Origin: Selaginella moellendorffii
Lineage: Eukaryota > Plantae > Lycopodiophyta
NCBI RefSeq assembly: GCF_000143415.4
Contig: NW_003314372.1
Location: forward strand, 123,985 to 187,984
Length of the DNA: 64,000 nt
Direction: 5' to 3'
Shown here piece after piece: positions 51,056 through 64,000 of this stretch. Below the pieces are notes generated by a model that had not been told where the DNA came from, ran no database searches, and was given only the letters and a program-made list of their open reading frames with translations. The stretch's first letter is position 1, and every line of letters starts with the position of its first letter. The position numbers and the translations under genes were made by a program.

Positions 51056-54000
51056 TGTTATGATCCAGCGCAAAAAAACAGAGATCTAATTGCCCTAGAC
51101 TATGCTACACCACCTTTTGAGGTTCCTCACCACCCAACCACCCCCAAGCTACCTCAAAAGCTCCATTGTGCCATTGCTCCACTATGAGCCCTAGGGTAGG
51201 GTTGAGTCCTTACCCTAACATGCCTCAATATATTCTTGAGCCTCCCTTTTACCAATGTTGACCACATGGTCAAAATTGGCACCTAACAATTCCTCCCCCC
51301 CAACGAAGTCCTTGTCCCAAGGACAAATTGTACTGGTGATTAGGGGAACCTTGCTCAAGCTCTTGGTCCATCTTCCACAGCCGTATACATCAAGGAGGCA
51401 TTGGGCCTGTCACTCCAAGATAGTACACCTTTCAACTAGCTGACATAAAATATTGGATGAATTTTCACCCCAGCTGCCAACCGCACCCGATAAGCCGCTT
51501 TACCAATGCACTCCAGCACTTCATATGGACCAGCATATTGATGGAAAAGTTTATCACTCTTCCCTATCCGTAAAGGCGCCAAGGTGTTCCGCCACTTATT
51601 TGATGGAAAGATCACTTGCACAAAGACGAGATCACCCACCTTATATTCTTGGAATTGGCGATGCTCATTAGCAAACTTCTCTGCTCTATCCTGAGCTGCT
51701 TGCAAATTCCGTTTGCACACCACTAGAATCTCATCAAGTTCTGTGCCCAGATTAATCGCCTCAGAATCAAGTTTATCTTGAACGTCCCCTTACTCAAATG
51801 CAATCCCAACTCCACTACTGTTTGGGGATGCCTTCCAAACATAGCAAAGTAAGGACTTAGTTTAGCTCCACTGTGTTGGCTATTATTGTAAGCAAATTGC
51901 ACCAACAGAAAATATAGATCCTATTGCCCTTGCCTTTGACCAATGCTACAACGTAGCATATCCTCCACCATCTGATTCACATGCTTGGTTTGCCCATTCG
52001 TCTGAGGATGATTTCCACTTGAGAATTTCAAAGTCACTTGCATAGCCTTTGCAAAGCTTTTCCAAAATCCACTAGTGAACTTTGAATCTCGATCATTAAT
52101 GATGTCCTTCGGCAAACCAAAATCAGGAAAAACCTTCTCCAAGTAAACTGCAGTCTAGTTTGAGGCAATAATAGTCTTCTGAAGAGCCAACAACTGCACA
52201 TACTTCATCAACCAATCCACTATGACCCATACTTGCTCCTTTTGCCTTTGTATTCGTGGCAAACAAGTGATGAAGTCCATAGAAATACTACACCAACGGC
52301 TCTAAAGAATAAGTAAAAGTTGCAAAAGTCCCCCTGGCTTCTCCTGTGGCACCTTAACCCGCTAACAGAGCTCGCATGATTTACAATCCTTGAGGATATC
52401 AACCTTCATATTCCTCCAATAAAAATTCACTTAATCAAGTTATACGTCTTCTTCCCCCCAAAATGACCAGCCTCTGGATGATCATGATAGTGGAATAAAA
52501 CTTGAGTAATTAACACATCCATCTGTGGCAAATATACATAGCTATTGTAATAGAGAATCCCATCCACCAATGAGAAAGGGGCTTCCATCTTGTCTAGCAA
52601 AAATGCCACCTCATCATCCTAAGTCTAAGCATGCTCAACCAATTGCCCAAACTCGCTGACCACCTTATTCAAATGATGACAAAATCGTGTTTGTAATGTC
52701 ATCACATGACAAATACGAGATAAAGCATCTGCCACCACATTTGATTTTCCTGGATGATGCTCAATAGGAAACTCCCCAAACTCTATGAGTTTGACTATCC
52801 AACGAGCTTGCCTAGTGTTTAACTCTTTCTGTGTGAAAAAATACATAAATGGTTTGTGATCTGTCAACACCACGAACACTACACCATAAAGATAATGTTA
52901 CCACATCTGCAAAGCATGAACAATAGAGAGTAACTCTTGCTCATATGTGGAATAGCGTTGCTTCATGGAATTTAAAGTTCGACTCTCATATGTAATAAGC
53001 TGTCCCTCTTGCATGAGAACTCCTCCCAGTGCATAACCACTCGCATCATATGTCATCTCGTAAGGTTTTGATGGATCAACAATGCAAAACACTAGAGTTT
53101 CACTCAACAATCGTTTTAGCGCCAGAAAACTCTCCTCTTGTGGCTTCTTCCACTCGAATGGCACATTCTTGTGTAACAACTTCGTCAAAGGAATAGCCAC
53201 CTCTGCAAACTTATGCTAGAAACATCGATAGTAACTAGCCATACCAAGAAAATTACGCAACTCATCCATTATAGTCGATGTCCCCCAATTTTCCACCACA
53301 ACCACCTTCCTTGGATCCATCTTGACACCCTTAGATGTCACAATATGGCCTAAATATTCCACCTCCGACTTTGCAAACTCATATTTACTCTTCGTCGCAT
53401 AAAGTTTGCTATCTCGGAGTAACAAAAAAACCTTGCGCAAATGCACTTTATGCTCCTCCATATTCTTGCTAAAAACAAGAATATCATCTAAGAAAATCCC
53501 CACAAACTCATGAAGCTAATGCCCAAATACCTTCATTATCAACCGAGTAAATGTGGCTAGTGCATTTGTCAAACCAAACAGCATAAATGTAAACTCAAAA
53601 TGTCCAAAGTTTATGTTGAATGCCGTCTTGGAAATAGATGCATCATCCATTGCAATCTAATGATATCCACTCCTTAGATCAATCCTGGTAAACACTTGTG
53701 CTTCACCAAATTTGTTTAGGATATCATCCATACGTGGCATCGGCATCTTATCCTTCACTATCTTCTTGCTCAAAGCGTAGTAGTGAATACACATCCGCAT
53801 TGAACCATCCTTCTTCTTCACAAGCAAGACTGGAGCACCAAACGGAAACTTACTTAGTTGAATAAATCCAAACTCAAGTAACTCCTTGACTTGTCATTAA
53901 ACTTTTTGCTCCTCTGCATAACTTAACCGAAATAGACGCCGGTAAATTGGCCTCCAATGTAATCCCATGCTCCACACCTCATAACGGAGGCAACCCATGA

Positions 54001-55924
54001 AGAAGTTCAAATGGAAAAACATTAGAAAACTTGTCAAGTACATCCCATACTGTTGCTTCTCCCCCACACATGCCTTGGTCCCCTAAGTCACGAACAAACA
54101 GTAAGTAGCTCAAAAGTGCTTTTCCATTACGATAAGCCCGCTTCAAATATGTAACAAAGAGCATAACAACTAGTGGTTGAACACCCTCACCAAACCATAC
54201 ATCTTTAATGCCACTATACTTTAGCGAGACACGCTTAATATTCCACTTTATCTTTGAATCCACCTTCACCAACCATGGCATCCCAAGAATGAGATCCACA
54301 CGATGGATATTTGCGAGATAAAAAGTCTCCACAAGTGTGGTTTTGCCAACCAACACTTCTAGCCCCTCGACACAAGTATCAAAATGCTAAGCAAAGGTAG
54401 CTACACCTTCCACCATGTATGGAAGAATTCTACGTGTGACCAAGCCATGCTCCACAACAAACTTTGCTGAAACAAAGTTGTCATCGCTCCCACTATCTAG
54501 TAAAATCTGCACTGGATTGCCATAGAACACACCCTCCAGCATTAAAGTTGATTCATAAGTATCCTCGAGCTCCATCTTATTCCACACACAGTTGAGCTGA
54601 CGAACAACGATCAAAAGTCTCTTCCTCCAACCGGAATGGTCATTCTCGGCATCCTCACGCTACAAAGTTTGCAACTTTTTAGTATCTGAATTACTATAGT
54701 AGAAGATTGGCCATTCTTTTTGTTCTACTGCTTGTTCTTCAACTGCGGCCAATCAGCCTTGTAGTGTCTAAGTTTGCCATAATGATGACAACTCTATTTA
54801 TAATTCTTCACAAAGAACTTCTACTTCTTGGACCCCTTTGCATCCGAAGTAGTCACCACCAACTTCAACTTGTGATGGTTGTTCCCATCCTTGTGTCCAC
54901 GACGATCATCACGACGATTCTCAATAGAAGGACTCCACGAATGCTTGTGAGACTTGTGCTTGTTATTGTCAAGTTGACAAGCCGCATAAAAGAGTTCTTC
55001 CAAACTCTTTGTAGACTGAGAATGACGCAAGTGTTGCCACATACTTTCACTATGTAGGCCATCAATGACGTAGGACTTATTCTGATCTGGATCCTTCGTT
55101 GAAACACGACTAATCAAGTGAGTAAGCTTCTCAATATAGTCCCCGAGCGTCATTTTCCCTTGCTGGAAATGTCGAAGTTCTATACGAGCATTCTCCACAT
55201 TGTAATGAGGGGCAAAACATAAACAGAAAGCAGCCTCAAACTCATCCATGGTAGACATTGGTGGTTTCTTATCTGCAATATGAGACTCCTCAAGCCAATG
55301 CCACCATTGAAGACCTATATCACGCAAAACCATTGAAATAGCCACTAAAGCCTCTACATCTAAAATTCCCCTAGTAGCTAAGAACTTCTTCACATTGGCT
55401 AACCAAGCAAAACACTCTTCCACACCACCATCACCAAAAAAGGTTGAAATCTTGAGTTGATCTACCAAAGAAGGCTTACTTGGAGCGCTACTCCGTCCAG
55501 CCTCAAGTGCCTCAACACGCCCATGTATGGTATCCATCATGCCATGCATCTCATCTTGCATCTCTTGCTAATTTCGATTAAGGGCTTGCAACTCATGAAC
55601 CACATCTTGAATGGTCTAAATCTTTGCAACTTCATTGGCACCATCGTTGGCACCACCATCGACAATAGGATTCTAGCATTCAGCTTGGTCGGCCATTGAT
55701 CAAGTGCAAAAAGACAAAGATCTAGCCACCCTAGACTATGCTACACCACTCGTGAGGTTCCTCACCACTCAACCACCCCCGAGCTACCTCAAAAGCTCCA
55801 CTGCTCCGCCGCTCTACTGTGAGCCCTAGGGTAGGGTTGAGTCCCTTACCCTAATATGCCTTAATATACCCTTGAGCCTCCCTTTGACCGATGTTGACCA
55901 TGTGGTCAAAGCTGGCGTCTAACA
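51056..55924 (-). mobile_element. Decayed Ty3/gypsy retrotransposon: gag (55696-54820), protease (LLDSGSDDNF), RT (FLDDILVFS), RNase H (TYDASGYALGGVL), integrase (INDRDSKFTS, HPQTNGQT, GPY); LTRs 51056-51288 and 55697-55924
   Basis: Domain order PR-RT-RH-INT; ~230-bp direct repeats; PPT GGGGGGAGGAAT next to the left LTR; TSD-like GTAGA/ATAGA; many stop codons. Confidence 0.93.
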
Positions 55925-56276
55925 ATAGATGTTGCAGCAGCACTACAAAGTCAAAGCTACCCGTGTCTTCGCTCACAAGACTGAATCAGCCGAGCAAGCC
56001 AACAATCTAAAGCTTCATAGAAGAGCTTGCTCAACACATCAAGGGAGGAGGTAAGCAGCCAATTGACAAGTTGATGTAGCCAATAAAAGATGAGAAAACA
56101 ACAAAATACCACATACAATTCTTGAGCTACCTCAAGACAATCACCAAGAAAGTGGATGGAGTCTTAGGCAAGCAAAATCATCAGCACCACATAATCCAAG
56201 AACTCAAGAGTACAATCCTGACTTATACATCCATCGATGCAAAACACATCAACCACTAGGACCAGTGCATTGACTT

Positions 56277-56423
56277 AACCTACCCTAGGGCTCATAGTGG
56301 AACGGCGGCACAATGGAGCTTTTGAGGTAGTTCGGGGGTGGTTGGGTGGTAAGGAATCTCAAGAGGTGGCGTAGCATAGTCTAGGGCAACTAGATCTTTG
56401 TCTTTTTGCACCGGATCATAACA
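56277..56423 (+). mobile_element. Partial inverted copy of the gypsy LTR
   Basis: Reverse complement TGTTATGATCCGGTGCAAAAAGACAAAGATCTAG.. matches 51056 onward. Confidence 0.85.
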
Positions 56424-56742
56424 AGGATATAGGGAGAAGGCTAGAGGCCCAACTTCCCCTGAGCAAGAAATCAACCTCATTGGGAAGATTTAGACAACTA
56501 TTATAAATTGGCAGATTAAGTTAATTAGATGACCATGCCCTTTTCAAAAATGAGTTATCAAGAGAGAGGCAAGGACTTGTGATCAGTCTATAATAATTAT
56601 CCCTATGGTTATGGATTAAACCCATGCACTGAAGTGCTGAAGTCAACCTGCCAAAATTGACCCAAATACTAACGAATGAGAAAAATAAAACTTTTGATTG
56701 ATAGAAATATATTACTTTATTACTTTGCAAGATTTATAAAAG

Positions 56743-57392
56743 CTAATCTTTATTATGATTCTCATACTCTGTGACAAGCTCATGAGCATGTGTAAGATTC
56801 CGAAGATGTTCCCAAGTTGATTCACAAGTTGAGTAACCTTTCCACTGAACTAGATATTCCTTCGCACGAGCCCGTCTCCAAAACCAAGAATCCAAGATAG
56901 ACTCAGCTTTATACTCATGTTCACCATCAATGATCACTGGCAGAGGATGAATGTCCATAGAGCATTCCACAACAGCATGATATGGTGCTAGTAAATTAAC
57001 ATGAAACATATCATGTATCTGAGATAATTCATCCAAAAGATCCAGCTTATAAAATACATCATCAACTCGCTTCAATACGGAACCGAGTTCGAGACCAAGT
57101 TCGAGACGGAGTCCGAGATCTGAAATCGGGTCCAAGACCGAGTCCGAGGTCGAGTCCGAGGTCGGGTCCGAGATCGGGTCCGAGATCGAGTCCGTGATCG
57201 AGTCCGAACCCGAATCCGAAGTCGGATCCGAAATACGGGTTCTACATATCTCGGTAACAACTTCCGAAATAAAAATCCCTTAATGTTCAAGTTCCAAGAA
57301 GATAGCCACACTTGATCTCCCACTTGATAGAATACATCCCGATAATGCTGATCCTTATCACGTCGATACCTATCCGGAACTTTGCCCATCAC
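56743..57392 (-). mobile_element. Chromovirus integrase C-terminus with chromodomain, interrupted by a tandem-repeat insert
   Basis: YQVGDQVWLS..KLLPRYVEP | insert | VLKRV..IHDMFHVNLL; EYKAESILD..EYLVQWKGYSTCESTWE. Confidence 0.88.
57081..57231 (-). repeat. CpG-rich 12-bp tandem array flanked by 7-bp direct repeat AATACGG
   Basis: Units such as GATCGAGTCCGA; AATACGG at 57074-57080 and 57232-57238. Confidence 0.85.
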
Positions 57393-57417
57393 CTCAGTAG
57401 CTCTAGTCCAACTTTGG

Positions 57418-58057
57418 ACAATCTTGATCGATTCCTATCGTTTTTCTCCAGCGATTCCAGCACTAGGTACTACGAGGCAATGCACGATCTGGGAAGAAAG
57501 CTGCTGAGATACGTCTCTAGAGGATTAGGCCTGGAATCCAACCGGATCAAGCAATCCCTAGAGGAACTCCATCACTCGATGCTGATGAATCGTTATCTTT
57601 CATGCCCACAGCCCAAGCTCGTGTTAGCGCTGCGCTCACACACAGACCCAAATGTCATCTCCCTATTGGTCGACAATGGAGTGCCTGGATTGCAAGTGCT
57701 CAAGGACGGCACATGGATCACCGTCCATTCTTTACCCGGTGCAATCGTCATTAACATGGGAGACCAACTCGAGGTAAAACGTAGATTTTGGTTTCTTACT
57801 TTCTACGTATTTGCACCCCAGATTATAAGCAATGGTAAATACAAGAGTGCCGAGCATCGTGCGTCGGCCAATTCTGATTCCACCAGATATTCCATTGCAA
57901 GCCACAGCCGGCTGGACCGTTGATCACGCCCTTCCCCGAGCTTGTCAATCCCCAGGATGAGTCGCAGTTTCAAGCCGTGTGCTACCGGGATTACCTCGCC
58001 ATCTTTTTCGCCATGCAGGCGAGTGGTAAATCTGTCATCACCCAGGTAAAGAAGTAA
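57418..58057 (+). pseudogene. 5'-truncated, frameshifted duplicate of the 2OG-Fe(II) dioxygenase
   Basis: Near identical to 60323-60972 starting inside intron 1; small deletion after RYSIAS. Confidence 0.9.
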
Positions 58058-58199
58058 AAAATATGTAGCCCTATCAGTTGTTTAAAAGACCTTCATTGAC
58101 TTTCCATTTGTTGACTTTGCCGGTGCCTCGGTTCTCAGTCTCTCAGCTCTCACCAGGAATGTATATACAGCTGCGTATATACACCTTATTTTTTTTTCT

Positions 58200-58335
58200 C
58201 CTCCTGGTTTCCTTGGCTTGCGCACTTTGCATTTTCCCACCAAGCCATTCATGCGCTTTGAGCACCTCTTCTGACTCTTCTGCTCAAGCTTCCTCATTCC
58301 TTTGGTGGAACGCACCGAAAGCTTGACGAGGAAAA
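58200..58335 (-). pseudogene. C-terminal exon fragment E of the Crinkler-like family
   Basis: LSVRSTKGMRKLEQKSQKRCSKRMNGLVGKCKVRK. Confidence 0.8.
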
Positions 58336-59820
58336 GCACCAGACCTCGGGGTATCATACGCTATCTCCTCTTTGCCCTTTCTTACTTCCTTCGCTCAGGC
58401 CTTACAGCCTTTGAGTGGTGCTAGTTCACTACATCCTCGAGAACCTGGGGACGGATTTTGAGCAATCTCACGTCAAGCCTGCGTTGGAGGATGCCTTTAG
58501 AAGGTGTGTTTTATTTTATCTCATATTACCGATCAGGGTGGACGGTGAAGTGAGTGCGCTAAGACTAGAAGCGTTCCAGCACACGAAGCTCACAGTGTGG
58601 GTTCACGATGGATGGATTTACACTGGTAGTAGTGCCCGAGTTCTACTCTCCAGATCTTTCAAGCCAGTCTACTTGCATTCGTGGGATAAGAGAAACATCA
58701 TGATAAGACGCTCTATAGTTCCTGAAAGCGAAGAAGAGATTTTGGATTACTTCCATATGGTAATTAGACATGAGCATTCTCAGGATTGATATCCTTCTCT
58801 CGTTTTGTTTTTCCAGAAACACGTACAAGAGGATGATGCCTTTGTGGCGATTTCTTCAGATCATATATGGATCTGACACTTAGTGAGTGAGACCCCAAAA
58901 CCACTCACACAAATTTGTGGACCCCTAGAGAGCAAGCGTACAAACAAAATGATGCACGCAACATTGACGTCACTGGAGATTTCATCACAAAGAACGAACT
59001 GGAGGGCGAGTGTGTTTTAGGACCGCAACTAAGCCAGCTCCAAGATTTTGATTCATCTTCCCTGGCTCAAAGTCATTTATCCCACCCTAGTCATCCTCCA
59101 TAAACTTTTTCCATCTCCATATATTACATGCTATTCACCTCCCACCACATTTATGTTTATCATTTTTTTTGAGATAGGCTTACAGTAGAAATGTCTCCCT
59201 TTCTTTGAGGCAAGTCTGAGAGACTTTTGGAGGAGATATATCCATCCTAATGCATTCTCTTGTTTACTAACTTGTTGCATGCAAGTTTTAGGTTGCCAAA
59301 GTAGAAAAACCTTTTTCTAATCACTTTGAACACTAAGATTGGCATAACAAAAGAAGGACATGCAATAAAGATAAAAAACAAAAAAAATACTTAAGCATTA
59401 AATTCTAGATCTGGCAACAGATCTAGATATAAAAGAATTAATAAACAAAATGCACAATTCCACAAAATGCATTGCTAAAAAACCTTGCCTTTTGAGATAA
59501 TATATAGTGCCCTTTACAAATCTGAATGCTCAATAGGTTTATTAATTGGGGTTTAGACCTCAAATTTTTTTTATAAATTTATGCAAGAAAACATTTATCA
59601 TTTATTCCTATGTCGTAATTTTGAAAAGCAAATAGGATTGGAACTACTTTGCTCGTCTCAATTGTTTACAATCGAAACACTGAGGCTTTGTGAGCTAAAA
59701 TGCATTCTAACTACCGAGCCTCTGGAAAATGCCAAGAAAGAAGTGTGATCTTTGAGAGATCTTCGTCAACAAAAGTCAAATTTTAGGATATTCTAAGCGT
59801 CTTGCTCCAATATTCTGGCT

Positions 59821-60972
59821 ATGGCGCTGGCTTCCATCGACCTCTACGCGCAAGCCATTCCTGTCCAGGATCTTCTCGCGCAAGGAATCACGAGTGTGCC
59901 AGAGGCTTACATACAGCCCCACCCTCCAATCTATGGCTCGCAGCGTGGCAATTCGACTCAGATCCCGGTGATTGACCTGACGCTGCCCGAGGAGGAGATC
60001 ACCGATACGATCGCGAGGGCGTGCAAGGATTGGGGCTTCTTTCAGGTGATCTCTCACGGCGTGGCGCAGGAGATTGTTGATGGGATGCTCCAGGCGGCCA
60101 AGGATTTCTTCGATCTTCCCATGGCAGTGAGGATGAAATATTTCAGCGCCACGCCGGTCCCCAAGACCACCGGCTACTCGGTCAGATTCGACAACTCGAG
60201 CGTCGTGGATTGCCGAGATTTCCTCTTCCAGAGCCTTTGCTATCCTCCGTCTAGCGATGCCGTTAAAGAATCGTGCCCGAGCGATCCTCCACACTACCGG
60301 TGAGCGCAAATTTTCCGAGAATGCAATCTTGATCGATTCCTATCGTTTTTCTCCAGCGACTCCAGCGCTAGGTACTGCGAGGCGATGCACGATCTGGGAA
60401 GAAAGCTGCTGAGATACGTCTCTAGAGGATTAGGCCTGGAATCCAACCAGATCGAGCAATCCCTAGAGGAACTCCATCACTCGATGCTGATGAATCGTTA
60501 TCTTCCATGCCCACAGCCCGAGCTCGTGCTAGCGCTGCGCTCACACACAGACCCAAATGTCATCTCCCTATTGGTCGACAATGGAGTGCCTGGATTGCAA
60601 GTGCTCAAGGACGGCGCATGGATCACCGTCCATTCTTTACCCGGCGCAATCATCGTCAACATGGGAGACCAACTCGAGGTAAAACGTAGATCTTGGTTTC
60701 TTACTTCTTACGTATTTGCACCCCAGATTATGAGCAATGGTAAATACAAGAGCGCCGAGCATCGCGCGTTGGCCAATTCTGATTCCACCAGATATTCCAT
60801 CGCGAGCTTCTTCGAGCCACCGCCGGCTGGACCGTTGATCGCGCCCTTCCCCGAGCTTGTCAATCCCCAGGATGAGTCGCAGTTTCAAGCCGTGTGCTAC
60901 CGGGATTACCTCGCCATCTTTTTCGCCAAGCAGGCGAGTGGTAAATCTGTCATCACCCAGGTAAAGAAGTAA
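59821..60972 (+). CDS. 2-oxoglutarate/Fe(II)-dependent dioxygenase (DOXC; DMR6/FLS-like superfamily); exons 59821-60299, 60357-60678, 60727-60972
   Basis: IPVIDL, ACKDWGFFQVISHGV, NRYLPCPQPEL, HTD, GLQVLKDG.W, VNMGDQLE|IMSNGKYKSAEHRA, RYS. Confidence 0.93.
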
Positions 60973-61119
60973 AAAATATGTAGCCCTGTCTATCTGGATC
61001 AGTTGTTTAAAAGACCTTCATTGACTTTCCATTTGTTGACTTTGCTGGTGCCTCGGTTCTCAGTCTCTCAGCTCTCACCATGAATGTATATACAGCTGCG
61101 TATATACACCTTTTTTTTC

Positions 61120-61260
61120 TCCTCCTGCTTTCCTTGGCTTGCGCACTTTGCATTTTCCCACAAGGCCATTCATGCGCTTTGAGCACCTCTTCTGACTCTT
61201 CTGCTCAAGCTTCCTCATTCCTTTGGTGGAACGCACCGAAAGCTTGACGAGGAAAAGCAC
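61120..61260 (-). pseudogene. C-terminal exon fragment F of the Crinkler-like family
   Basis: Duplicate of 58200-58335. Confidence 0.8.
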
Positions 61261-62707
61261 CAGGTATCATACGCTAGCTTGTTCCTACCATCGCCCTATC
61301 TCCTCTTTGCCCTTTTTTACTTCCTTCGTTCAGGCGCCGATCATTGGTTCACTACGTCCTCGAGAACCTGGGGACGGATTTTGAGCAATCTCACATCAAG
61401 CCGGATGCCTTTAAAAGGTGTGTTTTATCTCATATTTTTCAAGTATTCTCATTACAGCTAGTTCACCGATCCAGTTTTCGACGATACGTGGAATGAATTT
61501 GAAGCGTTCCAACACACGAAGTTCAACAGTGTGGTCGTCCTGGTTCACGATGGATAAATTTACACTGCTGGAACTAGGTAGTAGTGCCCGAGTTCTACCC
61601 TCCAGATCTTTCAAGCCAGTCTACTTGCATTCGTGGGATCATCAAGTGAAGAGAAACATCATGATAAGACGCTCTATAGTTCCTGAAAGCGAAGAGGAAA
61701 TTTTGGATTACTTCCATATGGTAATTAGACATAGGCATTCTCAGGATTGATATCCTTCTCTCCTTCTCTCGTTTTGTTTTTCCAGAAACACGTACAAGAG
61801 GACGATGCCTTTGTGGCGATTTCTTCAGATCATACATGGAGCTTGCTCAACTCTTTTGATGCGTTTATACCCGTTGTAGAGACCGACATAGACGCTGTGG
61901 TAAATTCATCCCAAACTTCGCTTTAGAAACTAAGTTTCTTCCTTCAGGGCTTGGTGACAGCGTGCAAATCAATGCTGGGGCGATACATGGATCGGAGCAA
62001 AATTGTTATAGTGATCACGCTCCAGAAAGACGCGCATCTGGCCTTGAAGGATCTGCCAAATGGTCCAAATGGTAAGTTGCATGCTAAGGCATGCATGAAT
62101 CTTTCCTTCTCTTCCTAGTTCACGAGCATCGAGTGCCTGGATTTTGTTAAGTTCCTGAGAATAACCTTTTGTTTCCAGCTTGATCATCTTCTACTGCAGA
62201 GGATACTATAGCCTAAGGCTCATCGTTTGTTCTTTTTTGCTGCTGCTAAATCACTGGATTCCAGTGGAGCAGACTCCCGAGACGCGTTTGGGCTCCTCCA
62301 AAATCCATGTGACGAAAGCGCGATCAAAGTTTCAACATCGCTGCGCTATTGAGCTCACCAGATCTAGACCGTGAGGATGAGCGAGGAGGACAAAGAAAGC
62401 TTTCCAGCGATCCAACCAGCGAGAGGAGGATAGGGAGATGTAACTTCGAGTGTTCTTCCAAGAGCGCATCTAGGAATCTAATTTTGTCCATATCAATCTC
62501 ATGTGGTTCCCGAATTATTAGGCACACTCCCACACTTTTGGGAACTCCTAGTCTTCCACGGTCGCCATCACCGACGAGCGAGAATCTCAAAGGAATCTAG
62601 ACTGGAGAATGGGGGATTTGACAATGTGATCCACGAGCATAGGTAAGTGTGAGTGATCTTACAGAGGATCGATCGATCGAGCAAGGCATCCGAGAGAGAT
62701 TTGCATC

Positions 62708-64000
62708 ATGTACGTGGTGGAGGACAAAGGGGGCGCCATCGCGCTCATGCTCACGGCGCTCGTCTTCCTGGGGACATGGCCAGCGATCATGAACCTGTTA
62801 GAACGAAGAGGGCGATTGCCACAGCACACGTACCTCGACTACTGCATCACCAATTACATTGCTGCCATTGTCATCGCGCTCACGCTCGGCCAGATCGGCG
62901 AGAGTTCCACTCAGACTCCCAATTTCCTGGAGCAGCTCAAGCAGGTGATCGCACCACCTTCTTCCTTTTGTTCTTCTTCGTCTGTGATTGCTGATGGGCT
63001 TCTTTGGTGGGAGGATCTTCCAGGATAACTGGCCGTCTGTTGGATTCGCCATGGCCGGAGGAATCGTCCTGTGCCTAGGAAACCTCTCCCTCCAGTACGC
63101 GCTAGCATACGTTGGTCTGTCGGTAGCCGAAGTTATCTCGTGTAGCATCACTGTCGTCGCTGGTAAGGACAAGTTTTTCCCAACTTTGGAGTGATCGATC
63201 TCGTTCCACGATCCTTCACTGTTCTTGAGTGTCCCAGGCACCACCATGAACTACTTTCTCGACGATCGGATCAACCGGGCCGAGATTCTCTTCCCTGGAG
63301 TCGCCTGCTTCCTGATCGCTGTCTTTCTCGGCTCGGCGCTGCATTCTTCCAACACCAAAGACAACCGAGCCAAGCTCGCGGCCGCAGAGCTTCTCAACAG
63401 CAAGTAAGTCACTGTTCTTCCTCCATGGCTGGATCAATCAACTTCGCTCTTACTTCGCAGTGATGGCTCCGGATCTTCTTACAAAAGGCTGGACGTCGAG
63501 ATGGCGGCTGTGGAAACCAAGAACCAACCGGAGGAGGAGAACGGCACCTCCAAAACTGTCAAAGCTCAAGCTGGAACTGCCGAGTTCCTCGATCAACTCG
63601 AGCACAAGCGAGCGATCAAAGTACGTTGTACTAGTAGCTGCTTGTTCCTGAGCCAGGTTTCTTCTTTTCTGGATGTAGAACACCACCTCCAACACCATCC
63701 TGGGCCTGGGAATCATCTTCTTCGCAGGCGCTTGCTTCTCCCTCTTCAGTCCGGCTTTCAACGTTGCCACCAACGATCAGTGGCACACTCTAAAGCCCGG
63801 AGTTCCCCGCTTGGTGGTGTACACTGCCTTCTTCTACTTCAGCACATCCTTCTTCGTGCTCGCGCTCTTCCTCAGCCTTGTCCTCCTCTACCGCCCCGCC
63901 GTCGGACTGCCAAAGTCCTCCCTCACAGCTTACGTCGCGGATTGGAATGGAAGGCCGTGGGCATTGCTCGCAGGACTCTTGTGTGGCTTTGGAAACGGGC
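62708..64000 (+). CDS. UPS: Ureide permease (UPS family), 5' part, multi-exon, runs off the window
   Basis: MYVVEDKGGAIALML..FLGTWPAIMNLLERRGRLPQHTYLDY; DNWPSVGFAMAGG..LGNLSLQYA; GTTMNYFLDDRINRAEILFPGVACFLIAVFLGSALHSSN; FSLFSPAFNVATNDQWHTL. Confidence 0.93.

Larger units (their letters stand above)
57418..61838 (+). repeat. Direct segmental duplication: 57418-~58868 and 60323-~61838
   Basis: Collinear dioxygenase 3' part, NTPase C-terminal exon fragment and VYLHSWD..DYFHMVIRH block in both units. Confidence 0.88.

Noticed and set aside
55680-55696. TGGCCGACCAAG as the gypsy PBS
   Set aside because: It is the gag start region joined to a truncated LTR end.
49405-57238. 12-bp arrays as a CRISPR-like array or RS/LS-repeat proteins
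   Set aside because: No unique spacers or cas genes, eukaryotic context; the ORFs are translations of tandem repeats.

Overview
Eukaryotic plant genomic DNA. GC-rich compact genes, GT-AG introns often only 48-75 nt, and a PLS-class PPR gene are most consistent with a lycophyte such as Selaginella (inferred, not proven). The ends are ordinary gene space. Left (1-15.3 kb): importin-beta 3' end, F-box/Kelch gene, NT-C2 coiled-coil gene, an unannotated 47-aa membrane-anchor/polyproline micro-gene, VAMP72-type SNARE and a PPR gene. Right (59.8-64 kb): 2OG-Fe(II) dioxygenase and ureide permease. Between them lies a ~46 kb rearranged accessory island. It holds (i) at least six full or partial copies of a P-loop NTPase (QSSGWGKSR / hhhhDEA) + PD-(D/E)xK-like nuclease gene resembling Crinkler/CR-effector NTPase-REase modules, (ii) four decayed copies of a WWE + FHGT-type PARP/ADP-ribosyltransferase-like gene, each abutting an NTPase copy, and (iii) an AT-rich secreted bulb-lectin ORF, a TruA/PUS1 copy, and PPR and lectin fragments. 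It also holds nested transposons: a young non-autonomous LTR element with TSD, a TRIM with TSD, a decayed Ty3/gypsy element, a chromovirus fragment and a 1.65-kb foldback. Most island genes are frameshifted here, so function is inferred. There are two assembly gaps (37433-37532, 41167-41267).
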